64,000 nt of DNA from the human T2T-CHM13v2.0 reference genome, Homo sapiens: the NCBI RefSeq assembly GCF_009914755.1, contig NC_060927.1, one strand, 5' to 3'. The notes beneath the pieces were generated by a model. It saw only the letters and a program-made list of their open reading frames with translations, was not told the origin of the DNA and made no database searches. The position numbers were made by a program, and so were the translations under genes. Shown piece after piece: positions 43,136 to 57,270 of this stretch. The stretch's first letter is position 1. Each line of letters begins with the position of its first letter.

Positions 43136-45790
43136 AGAATACCTAAGGTGAAATATGAAGCTTCGAATACAACAGAAAATTAAACTGATGTTTTAATTTC
43201 ACTGTCAATAATACCATGCATCTTCTAGATATTCTCACAGGATTGTTGCCTTCATGTAGGATACAACTGATGGGCCTTTAATACAAGTGGCTGTTTTAGA
43301 TTAAATGATCTGAATTTATCCCTTACAGGTCTCTCAGGACATTTAGAGTTAAAATGCATATTGCCTGTATTGAAAACAGATCTTCATGATATTAGACTAG
43401 GAAGAAATTCCAAAATAGTTTATGAAATTCCTCTTCTGCAGAGACTATGGAGTCATCTTTGTTCTTATATGTCTGCTGTAATTTAAATGTGGTTGTCCTT
43501 GAGGGTCAAAGACAAGACAAAGTACCCTGCCAAGCTTCCATTTAACTTTATGACCTGTGGACAGCTAAGCTTAGTCATCCCCAGTAAGTGAAGTGTTTGT
43601 GAAAATGACACAATACACAGGAAGCTGCATGTGCAATATGGAATTGGAAATGGAACATGGAAACCAGGTGAGGAGATGGCTTATTGATCCTGGAAATCTG
43701 TGCTTTTCAGACTAGGACATGCATGACCACAGAGGTACAGAATGTTATGCCAGGGAACATTTGAAGTTGTAGAATACACATAATCCATCTTCCTACCATG
43801 TCGATAGTCATAAAATAATTAGAGAAAAATATTTTGTATTTAATTTTCTTTCTATTATAACATATAGTTGTATTGTAGAGTAAAACCCACAAATTTTTGC
43901 ATTAATTAAAAAAATAAGACATTAGATTTCAAAATAAGTTTGGGCTAATTTGGACTAATTTTCTCTAATGATGCTCCCGGGGCACCTGTTACCTCTCCTC
44001 TGCTATAATTTGTTGGAGATGGTCATAGAGCTCATCTGTAGGTGAAAACGTATGATCTAAAATGCTGGCTTCATTATGCAGATTATTGTCACAGTTTGAG
44101 TAACAATAGTTTTTAATGCTAGTGGTTAATTTATCTAGCTATTTAATAAAAAAAATTTGCTTTGAGACTAGCCTATTAAAAGCTGATCTTTTAGATCTTC
44201 GAAAAAATTGAGCCATAAACTAGCCTCATTACTATATATTTATTGGGTATTTGTTTTGATGGATTAAATAATAACATCTGTTTAAAAGGTAATTGCCAAA
44301 GTACATCAAGCATGCAAAATTGTCCTTCGCACCTTTATTAGATTACACTACGGGTAGTAAGTCACCAGCCTAGCATCTGCAGCTTTTCTTCTCCACACTG
44401 ATTGTAACCAATCACTCTTTTTTCAAGTGTGAGCCTCCAAGTTATCATCTCAAGGCTGTGAAAGCTGAATCTCTACATGTTACTAAAATATTCTGAAACT
44501 CACAAAGAAGTTGGAGATAAAGTGCATGCATATTAAAATTACTCAAATGACAGCTTTATTTTTAGCTAATTTTCATTTATGGATGTCTCTCAATTTTCTG
44601 TCTGAACAAAGATAGACAAAGGCACAAATTCAGGTGATCTTTTTCCATTTCTGACATTTATTTTAGAGATCTCTGCAAATAGAGAAATCTATCAATATGG
44701 CTCCACCTTGTTAACCTCACACCTTTTCCCACCGAGAGTATCTAACATTTAAGCCCAGGGCCAAGGCCAGCACGGGGTCTGAAGGGAGAGCAGGCACATT
44801 CTTTTTCTCACTTCTCCTGTTTCTTCTTTGTCTTCGCCTTAGAAGACCACTGAGAAATAAATGTTTATTTACTTTCCAGTTTTCCTTTTATTCCTGTGGG
44901 GGACATCAGACAGATGAATCTATTGTAGTTCTGGTATTTCTAAGCTTTTGACAGCAAATGAAAGTACAGAGATGTTTACTGTTCCACCTAGTTCATATTT
45001 AAGCAGCCCTGCAATCATGGGCTCAATAAAAATAACTTCAAGTATGAATTTTGGAATACTTGACTTGAAATCATGAATCAAAAACCTGTAAGTACTTGCT
45101 CAAGGTCTGAGAAAAATAAAAAAGTACTGTAAAAGTGACTATTATTCAAACCTTAGAGTCGGAAGACAATGTACACGTCAACCCTTCTCAGCAGTTCTGA
45201 ATTCCTTTTACAAAACCCGTATCTAAGGTCATTCCACCTCTTCTGGAACATTTTTATGGAAAAACTATCTATTTGGATACTTTCAGTGAAAACTCATTGC
45301 CCCAAATAGCTGCCACATTAATCATTTTCACTGTTAAAAAGTCTGGGCTTAAAATTGATCCTAAATTTGCCATCATATGTTTATATCTACTGGTCCTGGT
45401 GATGCCCTCTGGAATAAAATACTAAAGTCTTATCCTCCCCCTTGATGTATCTTTGAATATTTGAAGGAATCATGTCTTCCATTAATCTAGTTACTTGTTG
45501 GAGCTGGCTTATACCCGGTTACAAGAGCCAATTTTTAAATTTTCCAGAAATTTGCAAGCGGTTGTTAAACTGGTCATTATTAAAAAATAAATTATGTAAA
45601 TTTCCTGTTAATTAAATTATATTAAAAACAAAGATGATAAATATAGCTCATTATACGCTAACTATTTTACCACTATCTAAGACTAAGGTTATTTATACCT
45701 ATATCTGAATGGTAGTAATAGAAACATTATATATTGATTGCTACATGCTATAGACTGAATATTTATGTCCTTCCCAAATATATAAGTTTA

Positions 45791-46228
<438 letters not shown>

Positions 46229-46251
46229 TCATTTGCTCCTTCACCATGTGA

Positions 46252-46766
<515 letters not shown>

Positions 46767-47877
46767 CCTAAAAATAAATATCTTTTCTTTAAAAGCCACC
46801 CAATCTATGGTACTTTGTTATAGCAGCCTGGAAGGACTAAGACACTGTAGTACTGATTATTTCTTCCCAACCCTGTGATCAGCGATGTCATCCTGATGGT
46901 TGGAAAGTGGCTATGGTTGGAGAATTTATACCATGGAAATTAACAAACACTAAAAATTAGTACTTCTACTTTTCTCTTTTTTTTTTGTTTTGGAGAGCTA
47001 GTTGTTGAACATTTCTCAGCACACTACTTTCCAATCTCTTATCTAGCCTAAAAATCTTATGCAGTTTCTTTTATTATCTGATAATCTCTCAAAATTCATT
47101 TCTCTGTGATTTTATGAGCAGCTCCACTCTCCAACATACCCTCCTCCAGAGGTCTGTCAGTTTCTCTTAGTATCTAGAACCTAAAACAAAATTCTCAACA
47201 CTCAGTAGAAGAATTCCTACTGATGATTAGGACATTATTATTTTTTACAAGACCTAAGGAAACAGTTATTGTTTTTAAATAGTGTGTAGGTGTTATACAT
47301 ACATAAAAGACTAAAAATATAGATTTCTACACCTACCACCAAGATCTTTGAGAGACTCTAATGACATGCATAAAAAAGTACCATGAAAAACATAATGTTA
47401 CAGAAATATAAATGATTATTAGAATTTATTGTTATTATAGCAACTGTGTGCAGGTCACAGAAAATAGTATTTCCACTATGTGTTTCAATAATCAGAACAA
47501 ATGTCAAATATTGTTCTCAGTCTTGGTGTTTTGTTTTCATAACAACATGGATAAATGAGGGGAAGTCTTCAGAAGTGTGTCCAGAATGGCAAGGTGTCTT
47601 GTTTTGATTCTGTTATTCTATCACAGGCATAGCTTTCTAACTATGTTTTAGTTAAATTAATACTAAAATTTGTTTACATTATCTGTAAAAATATTATTTC
47701 ATAATTAGGTAACATACACATGAATATCTGAGAGTGATTCTGTAATAAGCCTGCTTTCTACCAATTTTTTAAATTTAGCTAAGTAACCCATTATTAAAAT
47801 TAGTTTCATTTTCCACCTTCATATTTTAAAAATAATCTTCCATATTTTCAAGGAAAAGAGAAAACCCCAAATCTTTT

Positions 47878-48598
47878 TTTTTCTTTTATACTTTAAGTTC
47901 TAGGGTACATGTGCACAACGTGCAGGTTTGTTACATATGTATACATGTGCCATGTTGGTGTGCTGCACCCATTAACTCGTCATTTACATTAGGTGTATCT
48001 CCTAATGCTATCCACGCCCCTCCCCCCACCCCATGACAGGCCCCAGTGTGTGATGTTCCCCACCCTGTGTCCAAGTGTTCTCATTGTTCAGTTCCCACCT
48101 ATGAGTGAGAACGTGCGGTGTTTGGTTTTCTGTCCCTGTGATGGTTTGCTGAGAATGATGGTTTCCAGCTTCATCCATGTCCCTACAAAGGACATAAACT
48201 CATCCTTTTTTATGGCTGCATAGTATTCTATGGTGTATATGTGCCACATTTTCTTAATCCAGTCTATCACTGATGGACATTTGGGTTGGTTCCAAGTCTT
48301 TGCTATTGTGAATAGCGCTGCAATAAACATACGTGTGCATGTGTCTACAGCAGCACGATTTATAATCCTTTCGGTATATACCCAGTAATGGGATGGCTGA
48401 GTCAAATGGTATTTCTAGTTCCAGATCCTTGAGGAATTGCCACACTGTCTTCCACAATGGTTGAACTTCCACTGTTGGTTGCAGTCCCACCAACAGTGTA
48501 AAAGTGTTCCTATTTCTCCACATCCTCTCCAGCACCTGTTGTTTCCTGACTTTTTAATGATCACCATTCTAACTGGTGGGAGATGGTATCTCATTGTG
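47878..48598 (-). mobile_element. 5'-truncated L1PA (about PA6-PA7), ~720 bp
   Basis: T-rich tail, 3'UTR, ORF2 C-terminus (..FSLIGGN, ORF 48088-48405); perfect 17-bp TSD AAAACCCCAAATCTTTT at 47861-47877 and 48600-48616. Confidence 0.96.
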
Positions 48599-48829
48599 AA
48601 AAACCCCAAATCTTTTACAAATATGGACACCTAGACCTTTTGTAGCAGAATAAGAAATATCAAAACATATTCTTTCAAGTGCTATTATAGTTAATGAATA
48701 CAATCAGGAATAATTAAGATGAAACAATATCCACAGAAGAGATTGTGTAATATAGAAAACAACTCATAGTACTATATACTACAGAAAGATAGGGACATGA
48801 GCTCTTTGGCAGAAATGAAATGAAGAAGA

Positions 48830-49250
48830 CAGGGCAAAGGGTATTGAGAGTTGGGAGATGAGGCCACAAAGATATCATAAATGCTATGAAGGAATAGGCA
48901 ACATACTTTGTCAGCAGGAGGAGCCACTCAAATTTTTTGTTTGTTTGTTTGTTTGTTTTTAGCAATTGAATAATCTGAAACAATTGTTTTACAAGATCAC
49001 ACTGGCAATATTGTGGGCTGAAGGCAAGGTTGCAGAGTAATTACAATGTAATAGCCAGACCAAATCATATGGCAGTTTTTAAGAGTGCCAGTGGAAGTTG
49101 AAAACAATTCAGACTTAGCAATCTACATAAAGATGGTAGCTAAAGCTATAAAACATAAGCATACAAACAAAATCACCAAGGGAATAAGTATAGAGAACAT
49201 ATAAAGTACAATGATCATAATCTTAGGAAGAAGGTAAAACAAATTTTAAA
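48830..49250 (-). mobile_element. L2 LINE relic
   Basis: GGGAGATGAGGCC..GGAGCCACT..TTTTACAAGATCACACTGGC. Confidence 0.5.
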
Positions 49251-51316
49251 AGAGGCATTACAATGTCAAATGTCAAGAATGAGAAGCGAAATAGCATATA
49301 TGTTTTATTTGAGCAGTATTCTCTATATACTTCTTCATAAATATTGCCATATTTTAATTAATATTTTGACTTGATTCTTTTCTTTGGATTTACTTAACCT
49401 ATGTATTACTATTATAAATAGAAAAATCATAAATAGAAGATAACTATAAAATAAATAGAAAACTACTAATAACAAATTAGAGAATATTGTATGTCACTGA
49501 AAATTGACTTCTATACAATCAGTGGTTCATGTACTACGTTTTGGGAAATTCGAGACTAGGAGAAGCCACTCTTGATATATAGAGAATACTTAATGGAGTT
49601 GAGATTTAGGGAAAGAAATTAAATTGTTTGGGAGCTGGTTTGCTCTTGAAGTGAAATGTAGGACCAAGAATGTGGGGGGTACCTTTGAGAAACAAGAACT
49701 GAGGGCCTCCTGATGCTGAAGCATAGAGTTTGGACATTTGCATCAGAACCTCTGAGAGAGGGAACTTTTTTTTTCAAGCATGTTGTAAAAATTTTGCATT
49801 TCATATAGTGGTATGTCTGATACAACTAATAATAATAATTTTCCACCACCACTGGGAGATATGTCTTCTTGAAAAGTGTCTTTTGCTGAACAAAAACAAA
49901 AAAAAGCTGTTCCAATAGAAGACTAAACAAGTCAATCTATAGTGTAAAGCAGTAGTTCAAAATTTAATTTAATCGCATTGCATGAAATTGGTTTTCTTTA
50001 TGTAATATCAAAGAATGCAATTAGAAATAAGGAAATTTTTCCAAATCACCATTTTTTTTTCATTTTAAACACAATTTGCTTTCCATGGGAAAATAACCTC
50101 TCCTTTCATGGTTGTTTGTAAAGTTGAAAGAAGAAGAATCTTTCATGGCAAGAAGATATGCTGGAATGTACATGTCCTCCCAAATGTTAAAAACTTACTT
50201 TGACTTGCAAAGAAATTGTCTTCATACAATGAAAACCTCTCAGGAAGTCCAACTGCTTATTTGTTTGTTCTTTCAAGCGAAACAAATCATCATTAAAAAG
50301 GTTCAGCTTCAAATTAAGACCTTTTAGAAGCTTAGAGGAACTTGCTCACAAAGGTTCAAATCCCTTAGAAAATGGCTCATTGCTGTCTCAGAAAGAGAGA
50401 AAAATAGCTACTGATGAGATTCAAATTATTCTCTATCTTCTCTTTCATTAATTTTAAACATAATTCATAGGCCATTATGCTTTGGAAATCAAAAGAATTA
50501 TTCCTCATTGTAGCCCACCATTTTTCATCATTATACACATACAATGTCCAATTTCACCTCACTCATTCAAAATGGTGCTTAAAGCAGGCAGAAAAGATTA
50601 ACTCCAATACTTATATTTGGCTTTAATTCATAGTTTTATAAAGAGTTTTACTGGTCTAAATATGTATTTACACAATAGAATATGATGAGTCATTTATAAA
50701 ATGTAAACATACTAGTTTTAAAAATTGCTTAAATGTGTATTCTGCCTGAGATTTCCTCAGGATATTCCTATGAGATTCATAGCAACAAACTCCCTTGTGT
50801 TTGAATAACGCTACTTCTCCACACATTACAAATAATAAGTGTGAGCAAAGGGTAGAGATACCTCTCAAAGCAGTCAAAATATTTTAATCCTTCATCTTTC
50901 TTCATGTTGAACAGTCACGGAAGCACCGCCTCTCATTTCACATAGAATCGCCGTCAGTCTGTTCTGACTATGCTTTTAATAGTGTCAGCGGGTTGCTGTT
51001 TAAAGCCTCTAATAATCAAACACCTGGGCAGCTGTTTCAGAGAATAATAGTGTTCTCTTTCTATAAAGACAAATACAGCTCAGCACAGTGGATTTTTTTC
51101 TTGGCTAGACAAGCATTTCACTATTTCATAAGTCTCTCTTTGCTTTTAAATGGTCTGTTGCACATTAAAAAACACTTGAAATATTATTTCCTGTTGCTAG
51201 TGAGGATGATGATGAATATCATTTTGGGGCCAGTGTCAATGTCATCATATGTCTGAGGTTGGTATCTCTGTATTAACATGCCACTGCCAGTTCTGATTCC
51301 TGTCCAAGATGAGGTA

Positions 51317-51443
51317 TAATAAAACTCTAGTCTCCCGCACAGCCTGCTCTGAGTGAATTACTCTTTCTCTATTGCAATTCACCTATCCTGATGAATTGGC
51401 TTTGTCTAGGCAGAAGGCAAGATGAACCCCTTGGGTGATTACA
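51317..51443 (+). mobile_element. LTR8-like (ERV1) LTR 3' fragment
   Basis: AATAAAACTCTAGTCTCCCGCACAGCC..GTGAATTACTCTTTCTCTATTGCAATTC..GGGTGATTACA. Confidence 0.7.
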
Positions 51444-51575
51444 GTTCTTCTGATTATCCAACTTTCCCTTTTGGATCTCCACTACCTTCGCTTTTCTCAC
51501 AAATGTGTGAAGTCTGATTCCCATGATAACTCCCTTATTCCATCTCTATAAAGGTTTCACTTCTCTTATTGAATA

Positions 51576-52350
51576 TTGAGTGATAAGAAATCAGTACCTG
51601 AACCTGGATGCTACCAAAACAGAAACTAAACCATGAGACTTTGGAGCAAGGAGTGAGCATCAATAATATTTATAGAAAACTCACAAAGTTTTAAAGGGAA
51701 CTTTACTACAAAACATACCATGTAGTTGAACCCAAAAGGACAGAGACAGTTCAAGTTAAAAAGAAGGTTTTGGGCCCCAACTTTACAGAAGCAGGAAGCA
51801 GGTTGACGTAGTTTCTCAAATGAAAAGATGGGTCATTTTTTAAGGAAAAGGAAAGATATCTCAGAAGGAGGTGCTAAGACTCCAGAGCTGAGAACAATGG
51901 ATTAAGGAATTACTCCTAGAGAGCAGAATTAGTGTCTAATCAAGAAACAGTTTTTGCTTCTGATGGATTTGGGGAAACCAAAACATGTTCCCAGCTGTAT
52001 TTTGTTTTATTTTCTTTGTCCTTTTCTCTTTTCTTTTTCCTTCCTCCTTTGTTTGCCTGCCTGCTGTTTTGGAATTGCTATGAACTCATGACTGTGATTC
52101 CCAGTTCCCCTTTTCTTTGCACAGAAGTATCTCTTGCAGTTATTATGTTCCCGTCTTGCTATTCAATGTTGCTTATTTAAAGGTTAGATAACTTATATTT
52201 TTAAGTTCAAAGTTCTTTAGGCTAAAAGGAGGTCCATCTGATGAGCCTCATCCATATCTGTGCCTAGCTTAAATCATAAGATCTTGCATTTTGAGTCAGA
52301 GTCAAATGATAATAATGTGATTAGATAAAACTTTGGGGATCTTTTCAGAG
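51576..52350 (+). mobile_element. MLT1-internal (ERVL-MaLR int) relic
   Basis: AGAAATCAGTACCTG..GGATGCTACC start; GGAATTGCTATGAAC..CCCCTTTTCT..GATAACTT..AGGAGG..GAGCCTCATCCATATCTG. Confidence 0.5.
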
Positions 52351-55300
52351 CAGTATTATGCCCATTATTATATTTTGAACACTTCATTTCTAAAAAATAT
52401 TGAAGTAATTAAAAAAAATAAGGTAGGGAAACCTAAAGCCTTAAAAGAAAAGACATGGAAAGTATAACTTTTATACTGTGGGAGAAAAGGACTTGTTAAA
52501 CAACAGCTAAAACAAATTAAAAGGATCCATTACAGTAAAACTACCAAAGTGTCATCGATGGTTTTCATGTCAGTGCTAAGTGAATAAACTTTTTAAAAAG
52601 CATGGAATAGAAGCAAAGTGATAAAGTTTACTTCAGAATAGAAGATCAGCTATACTCTAGCTGAGGATTTTACATTTGAAACTGGTTGTTTGGTGTCTTA
52701 GTACCTCAGTGACTCTGGAGTATGTAAATGATAGACATAAGGAAATAGGAGGGGAAGAGATAGACTTTATAGATACCACTAAAAAAGCAATAATGAGGAA
52801 TGACTTAACAAAATTCAAAGGTTTCAGATCATTTGAGAGCCTGAAACAGCAGATGGCAAATATAGTTCAATTCAGACAAACATTAAAAAAGATGCGTAGC
52901 AATAGAGAACTACAAACGAGGGCTGTGGAAACACATTTCAATGGACTAATCATCCAGCACACCAACCAGAAAATATTTGAAAACTTTTAAGTATCAGCTT
53001 AGTGCAAAGAAACTGTCTTCTAAGATGAAGGGCAGAATAAAAATAGTGTTTTAAGTTTCTAGTCTTAACTCATGGGGGAGGGGAAGGAGTAGGGATAAGA
53101 AAAAAATACTTAGATGTAGGAAAAGATAATGATACTTTGTGAAGCATGAGACTCTTAGTCACAAACTGCAGGAGATTTAATTTCCTCTACGGAAATAAAA
53201 AAGCATTTTGGTAGGTGTGTTAACTTATTTAATAGGGTACAAATTTTTAGTACCTTATGTAAGATGGCATCTAAAAATAGCCAGGGGAATTTTTCCCAAG
53301 TGGAAATAGATTGTGTAGTCTGTAAACTACCAGTTGTTTATGCTGATAGTCTTAGGGACAAAGGAGGATTCCTACACATTTATATGGCTGAGTCGGCTGC
53401 AGTGTTTCCCCCTTAATATAAGTATCCTGTTACATGTGATTTTGTATTGAGGTAGTCACTTCTCATAGAAAAAGCTCAAGGGGAATCTTGAAGCCTTCGT
53501 CGCTACTCTGTTAACAAAAATCTCATTAGGCTGTTCTTCCACAATTTACCCAGGACAACCAAGTTTGTCCCTCTAACTAGAGCATCTTTAATATGTGGTT
53601 AAGTTGACAGTCCAAAAAAGATGATGCAGGCATTCAGGGGAAGCTAAGTACTCAATTTGGTTGGGAAACCCTATGTATTTGGAGTTAAGTGCAGAGTTCC
53701 TGGAGAACAAAGAAATAATCTTTATTCTCCACATCACTCAGGGTTCTTTTGCAATTTCAGCAATATATGGCTAAAAATTATTTTTACTCTCAACAAATAT
53801 TTTGGAAGAAAATGGGACAAGTTTATACTCTTATCCTTCTTTAGAGAGAATTTTGACACTGGTAAGAATATTAGTTATGTGTTCCTGAATTAACCTATGA
53901 TGTCATAGTGCATTTGGGTGTGGTGTTTTGGTACTTAATCTAAAACTATCCTATCAGGAGTATCTAGAATTAAGACACTGAGTGGGAAGAGAGATACAAA
54001 TATGTCCATAGAAATATGGAAGGTTTTAAGCCAGAAAATCCTTAAATGAAGGTCTGTAGCAGTATCTCTCCAGATATTTAAAAATACAATGATCACCAAA
54101 ATATGCTATAAATGTTTAAAATGGACTCCTATCGAAAGTTCAGAGGTTAAAGATGATGTTGTTTATGGTACTCCTAGAAATTGATTCTTCTTTATTTTTT
54201 CTTTTCGTTGAGTTTAATTGCCACTAGAATTATTTTCAAGTTAAGAAGATAAGAGGATTGACTTTTTAAACTTCAAAATGAACTTCCCTGCTGTGACTGA
54301 CTATATTCCCCAGTATGGAGAATTGTAAGTTTTCACAATGAAATCATAAACTTTTAGTGTACTTTTACTCTCTGCTTTATGCTTCATTCATCTGCCATAT
54401 AGGAGCATTCTAGTTAGTGTACTGATAATAGCTTGCGTGCTTACCACGTACAGTTTTAAACTTATTACTTATCATATAGAAACTGAAATGCTATATATGC
54501 TTTAAAATATATTCTTATCTAAAAAATAATAAAAATAATTGATGACAAAAAATCTAATTTTAGGATCTTTAAATAAGATATATTTGGGATTACTATACAG
54601 AGATTATCTATTTAATTTAAAAAATAAAGTTAGCTAAAAATTTTTTTAGTAAATTTCTCTTTCCTTCAGTTGGCATATAGGTTCATGTAAACATTGCTTC
54701 CCCAATTGAAAAAGACCGTGTTTTTGACCTCACTAAACTTTTCCCCATTATAAAAGACCATGATTTTTATTTTCCTAAAAGCAGGTTTCCTGTCATTTAT
54801 TTTTAAATTCTCTGTACCCAGCACAGTGCTTACAAATGGTAAGCTAGCAAATATTTTTAGAAGAAATACATGAATCATAATGTAGTACTTCCTAATGGTT
54901 TCAACTAATGGCATCAAATTTAAAATACATACCACCTAGAAATTAAACTCACTAAAATTTTTATTTTACTAAAGTATCATGTATATTCCACTCATATGAA
55001 AAGAGATAGAGGGTCACAAAAAATCAGAAAATACTAGGCAGCTACATTTTTGACAAGATCAAGAGTCACTGAACTCGTAGAGTAACAGGAAGTTATATTT
55101 AGAAGCAGACTTAAAATATGACAGTTCATGACATGATATTTATTAAGGAACACACTTCACATATGGGAGTTGGCTTTTTGCCCTAGTATGGCTTGCCTTA
55201 CACCTCTTTTATATAGAACAAACAAAAGTGCTTTTGTACATGACATTGTGGCAGGGATTCTCAATTCGATTCTCTGATCTATTTATAAGAAAGGTTTTCT

Positions 55301-55448
55301 ACTGCATAAGTTACCATGTCAATATTCATAAAAACTAAATATAAAATTGGTATCTGCAATGTATTGTTTCTAAAATCTTCTTCTTGATTTTTTTTTTCTT
55401 CTTTGATCATATCCCTAGCACTTACTTAATACTGTTTTCACGGACCAC

Positions 55449-55807
55449 TGTCTTAATCAGTTCAGGCTGCTATAGTAAAATATTATAGACTGGGTGGTTT
55501 ACAAACAATAGAAATTTATTTCTCACAGTTCTGGAGGTGATAGTTCAATATCATGGTCTCAGCATGGTCAGGTTCTGGTGAGTGCTCTCTTCTCAATTGT
55601 AGACTGATGACTTCTTGTTGTATTCTCACATGTTGTAAAGAGTGAAGAGCACTCTCTAGGGTCTCTTTCATAAGGGACCTAATCTAATCTCATTCATGAG
55701 GGCTCCATCCTCATGACTTAATTACCTCCCCAAGGCTCCACCTCCATATACCATCACATGGGATTAGGGTGAATTCTGTAGGGATACAAACATTCAGTTC
55801 AATGGAA
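55449..55807 (-). mobile_element. MLT1A-type MaLR solo LTR
   Basis: TGTCTTAATC..TTCAGGCTGCTATA..ATTTATTTCTCACAGTTCTGGAGG...ACAAACATTCAGT. Confidence 0.85.
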
Positions 55808-55834
55808 CCAACATCCTCATGCTCTCCTTGCCTG

Positions 55835-56316
55835 AGGGTAGAAATAGAAAAATGTCCAACAAAATATTTTCTCCTATTCTTTCATAGTAAATTTGTTGTT
55901 GGGCATGTAGCTGCCTAGCTAGAGACATTTCTCAGACTCTCTTCCAGCTAGATGTGGTCCTTTGGCTACATTTTCACTAATGGAATGCGACTAAAAGTGA
56001 AAATGACACTTCCAGCTATAGGTCTTAAAAATATTAGTCAAGCAAGTGTTTTTATACTTTCCCTTTCCTGTGAGCTGCAACATGGCCATTTCTGGGACTT
56101 AGCTACGGCCATACGGATGAGAACAACAGCCTTGTTGATGGCAGAATCACAATGTAAGGAACTTGAATCTCTGAATGACCTCATGGGGCAGAGCTGTCTG
56201 CTTACCTGGACTGCTACTTACATCTGTGACACAAGAAAGAATTAGAGTTATATTTTTTAACCTCTATACTTTGGACAGTTTTATTATAGCGGCTTAGTCT
56301 TCATCTTAACTAATCA
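55835..56316 (+). mobile_element. MLT1J-like MaLR LTR
   Basis: CATTTCTCAGACTCTCTTCCAGCTAGATGTGG..GATGGCAGAATCACAA..TCTCTGAATGACCTCATGGGGCAGAGC..TAACTAATCA. Confidence 0.7.
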
Positions 56317-56889
56317 GTTGGACCCAGCAAAAGTTTTAACTCATCTTAGTCCAGGATGAAATCAAACTCATTATTTTACATGCTGGCACTTTTCCGTCCA
56401 AAATAAAAACAGATTTACTTTTATCTATTGATTAGTGCATCATATTAAAGGTGATATGTTCATTTAAGCAGTGTTCATATGAAAACAATATTTAGTTTGT
56501 AGTGACTACTGAATAGAATTTCAGCCTATGTTGAGGTGAAAATGTTTAGGTTATTTAACAATAATCAGATGTATATAAACAGATTCCATCTTGTAAGATA
56601 CTGAGAGTTCCAACATTACACAGTGCAGATGTCCAACTGAGTGCTGCTCTCCAACAGTGATACTAAAAGGTAAAAGCCAAAGAAAGACTTGGTACTTTTC
56701 ATGGCCTTTACTTCATTTGTCCTAGAAGCTCCAGATGGTTGATGGTCTTCTCAACCTTGACATTATCCATCAGTTCTATTTTGCTTTGGGCAGTTGTATG
56801 AGTTATCATCTGCCTGACTTTAAGCAGAGAGGTATGAAGTTCAGTTAATAATATATGCATTCATTCAACAGATGGGTGATAGAGGAATG

Positions 56890-57270
56890 AATGAACATGT
56901 ATTTACTTATTGAGTTTATCATGAGTTAGGCATTATTCTGTTAACCAGAGATTCAGCAATGAATCAAAGAGACAAGTTTTCTTCCCTGGTAGAACTTGTC
57001 TTTCAGTTGGCATAGAGAAGAGCACGTACAAGTAAACAAACAAGTCAATAAATAAGAAATATTTAGGTATTGATAAATAATATAAAGAAAATAATAGCAG
57101 GATGATAAATTAGAGAGCGACTCAATGGAGAGAAACAATCTTAGAAAGTGTGCCCCCAAATTTCCTCTCTGAGAAAGTCATACGGAGCCACATCCTGAAT
57201 AACAAAGAGAGAGCAGACATTGGAAAGCTAAGGGAAGAGTGTTTTAGGCAGAGAGACCTCTGGCAATGTA
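56890..57270 (-). mobile_element. L2a LINE relic
   Basis: TTATTGAG..TAGGCATTATTCT..CAGCAATGAA..GACAAG..CTCTCTGAGAAAGT..GGGAAGAGTGTTTTAGGCAGAG. Confidence 0.7.

Noticed and set aside
52676-52990. 104-aa ORF outside recognised young repeats
   Set aside because: Starts at TTG, no recognisable homology, lies in degenerate L2-like purine-rich sequence.
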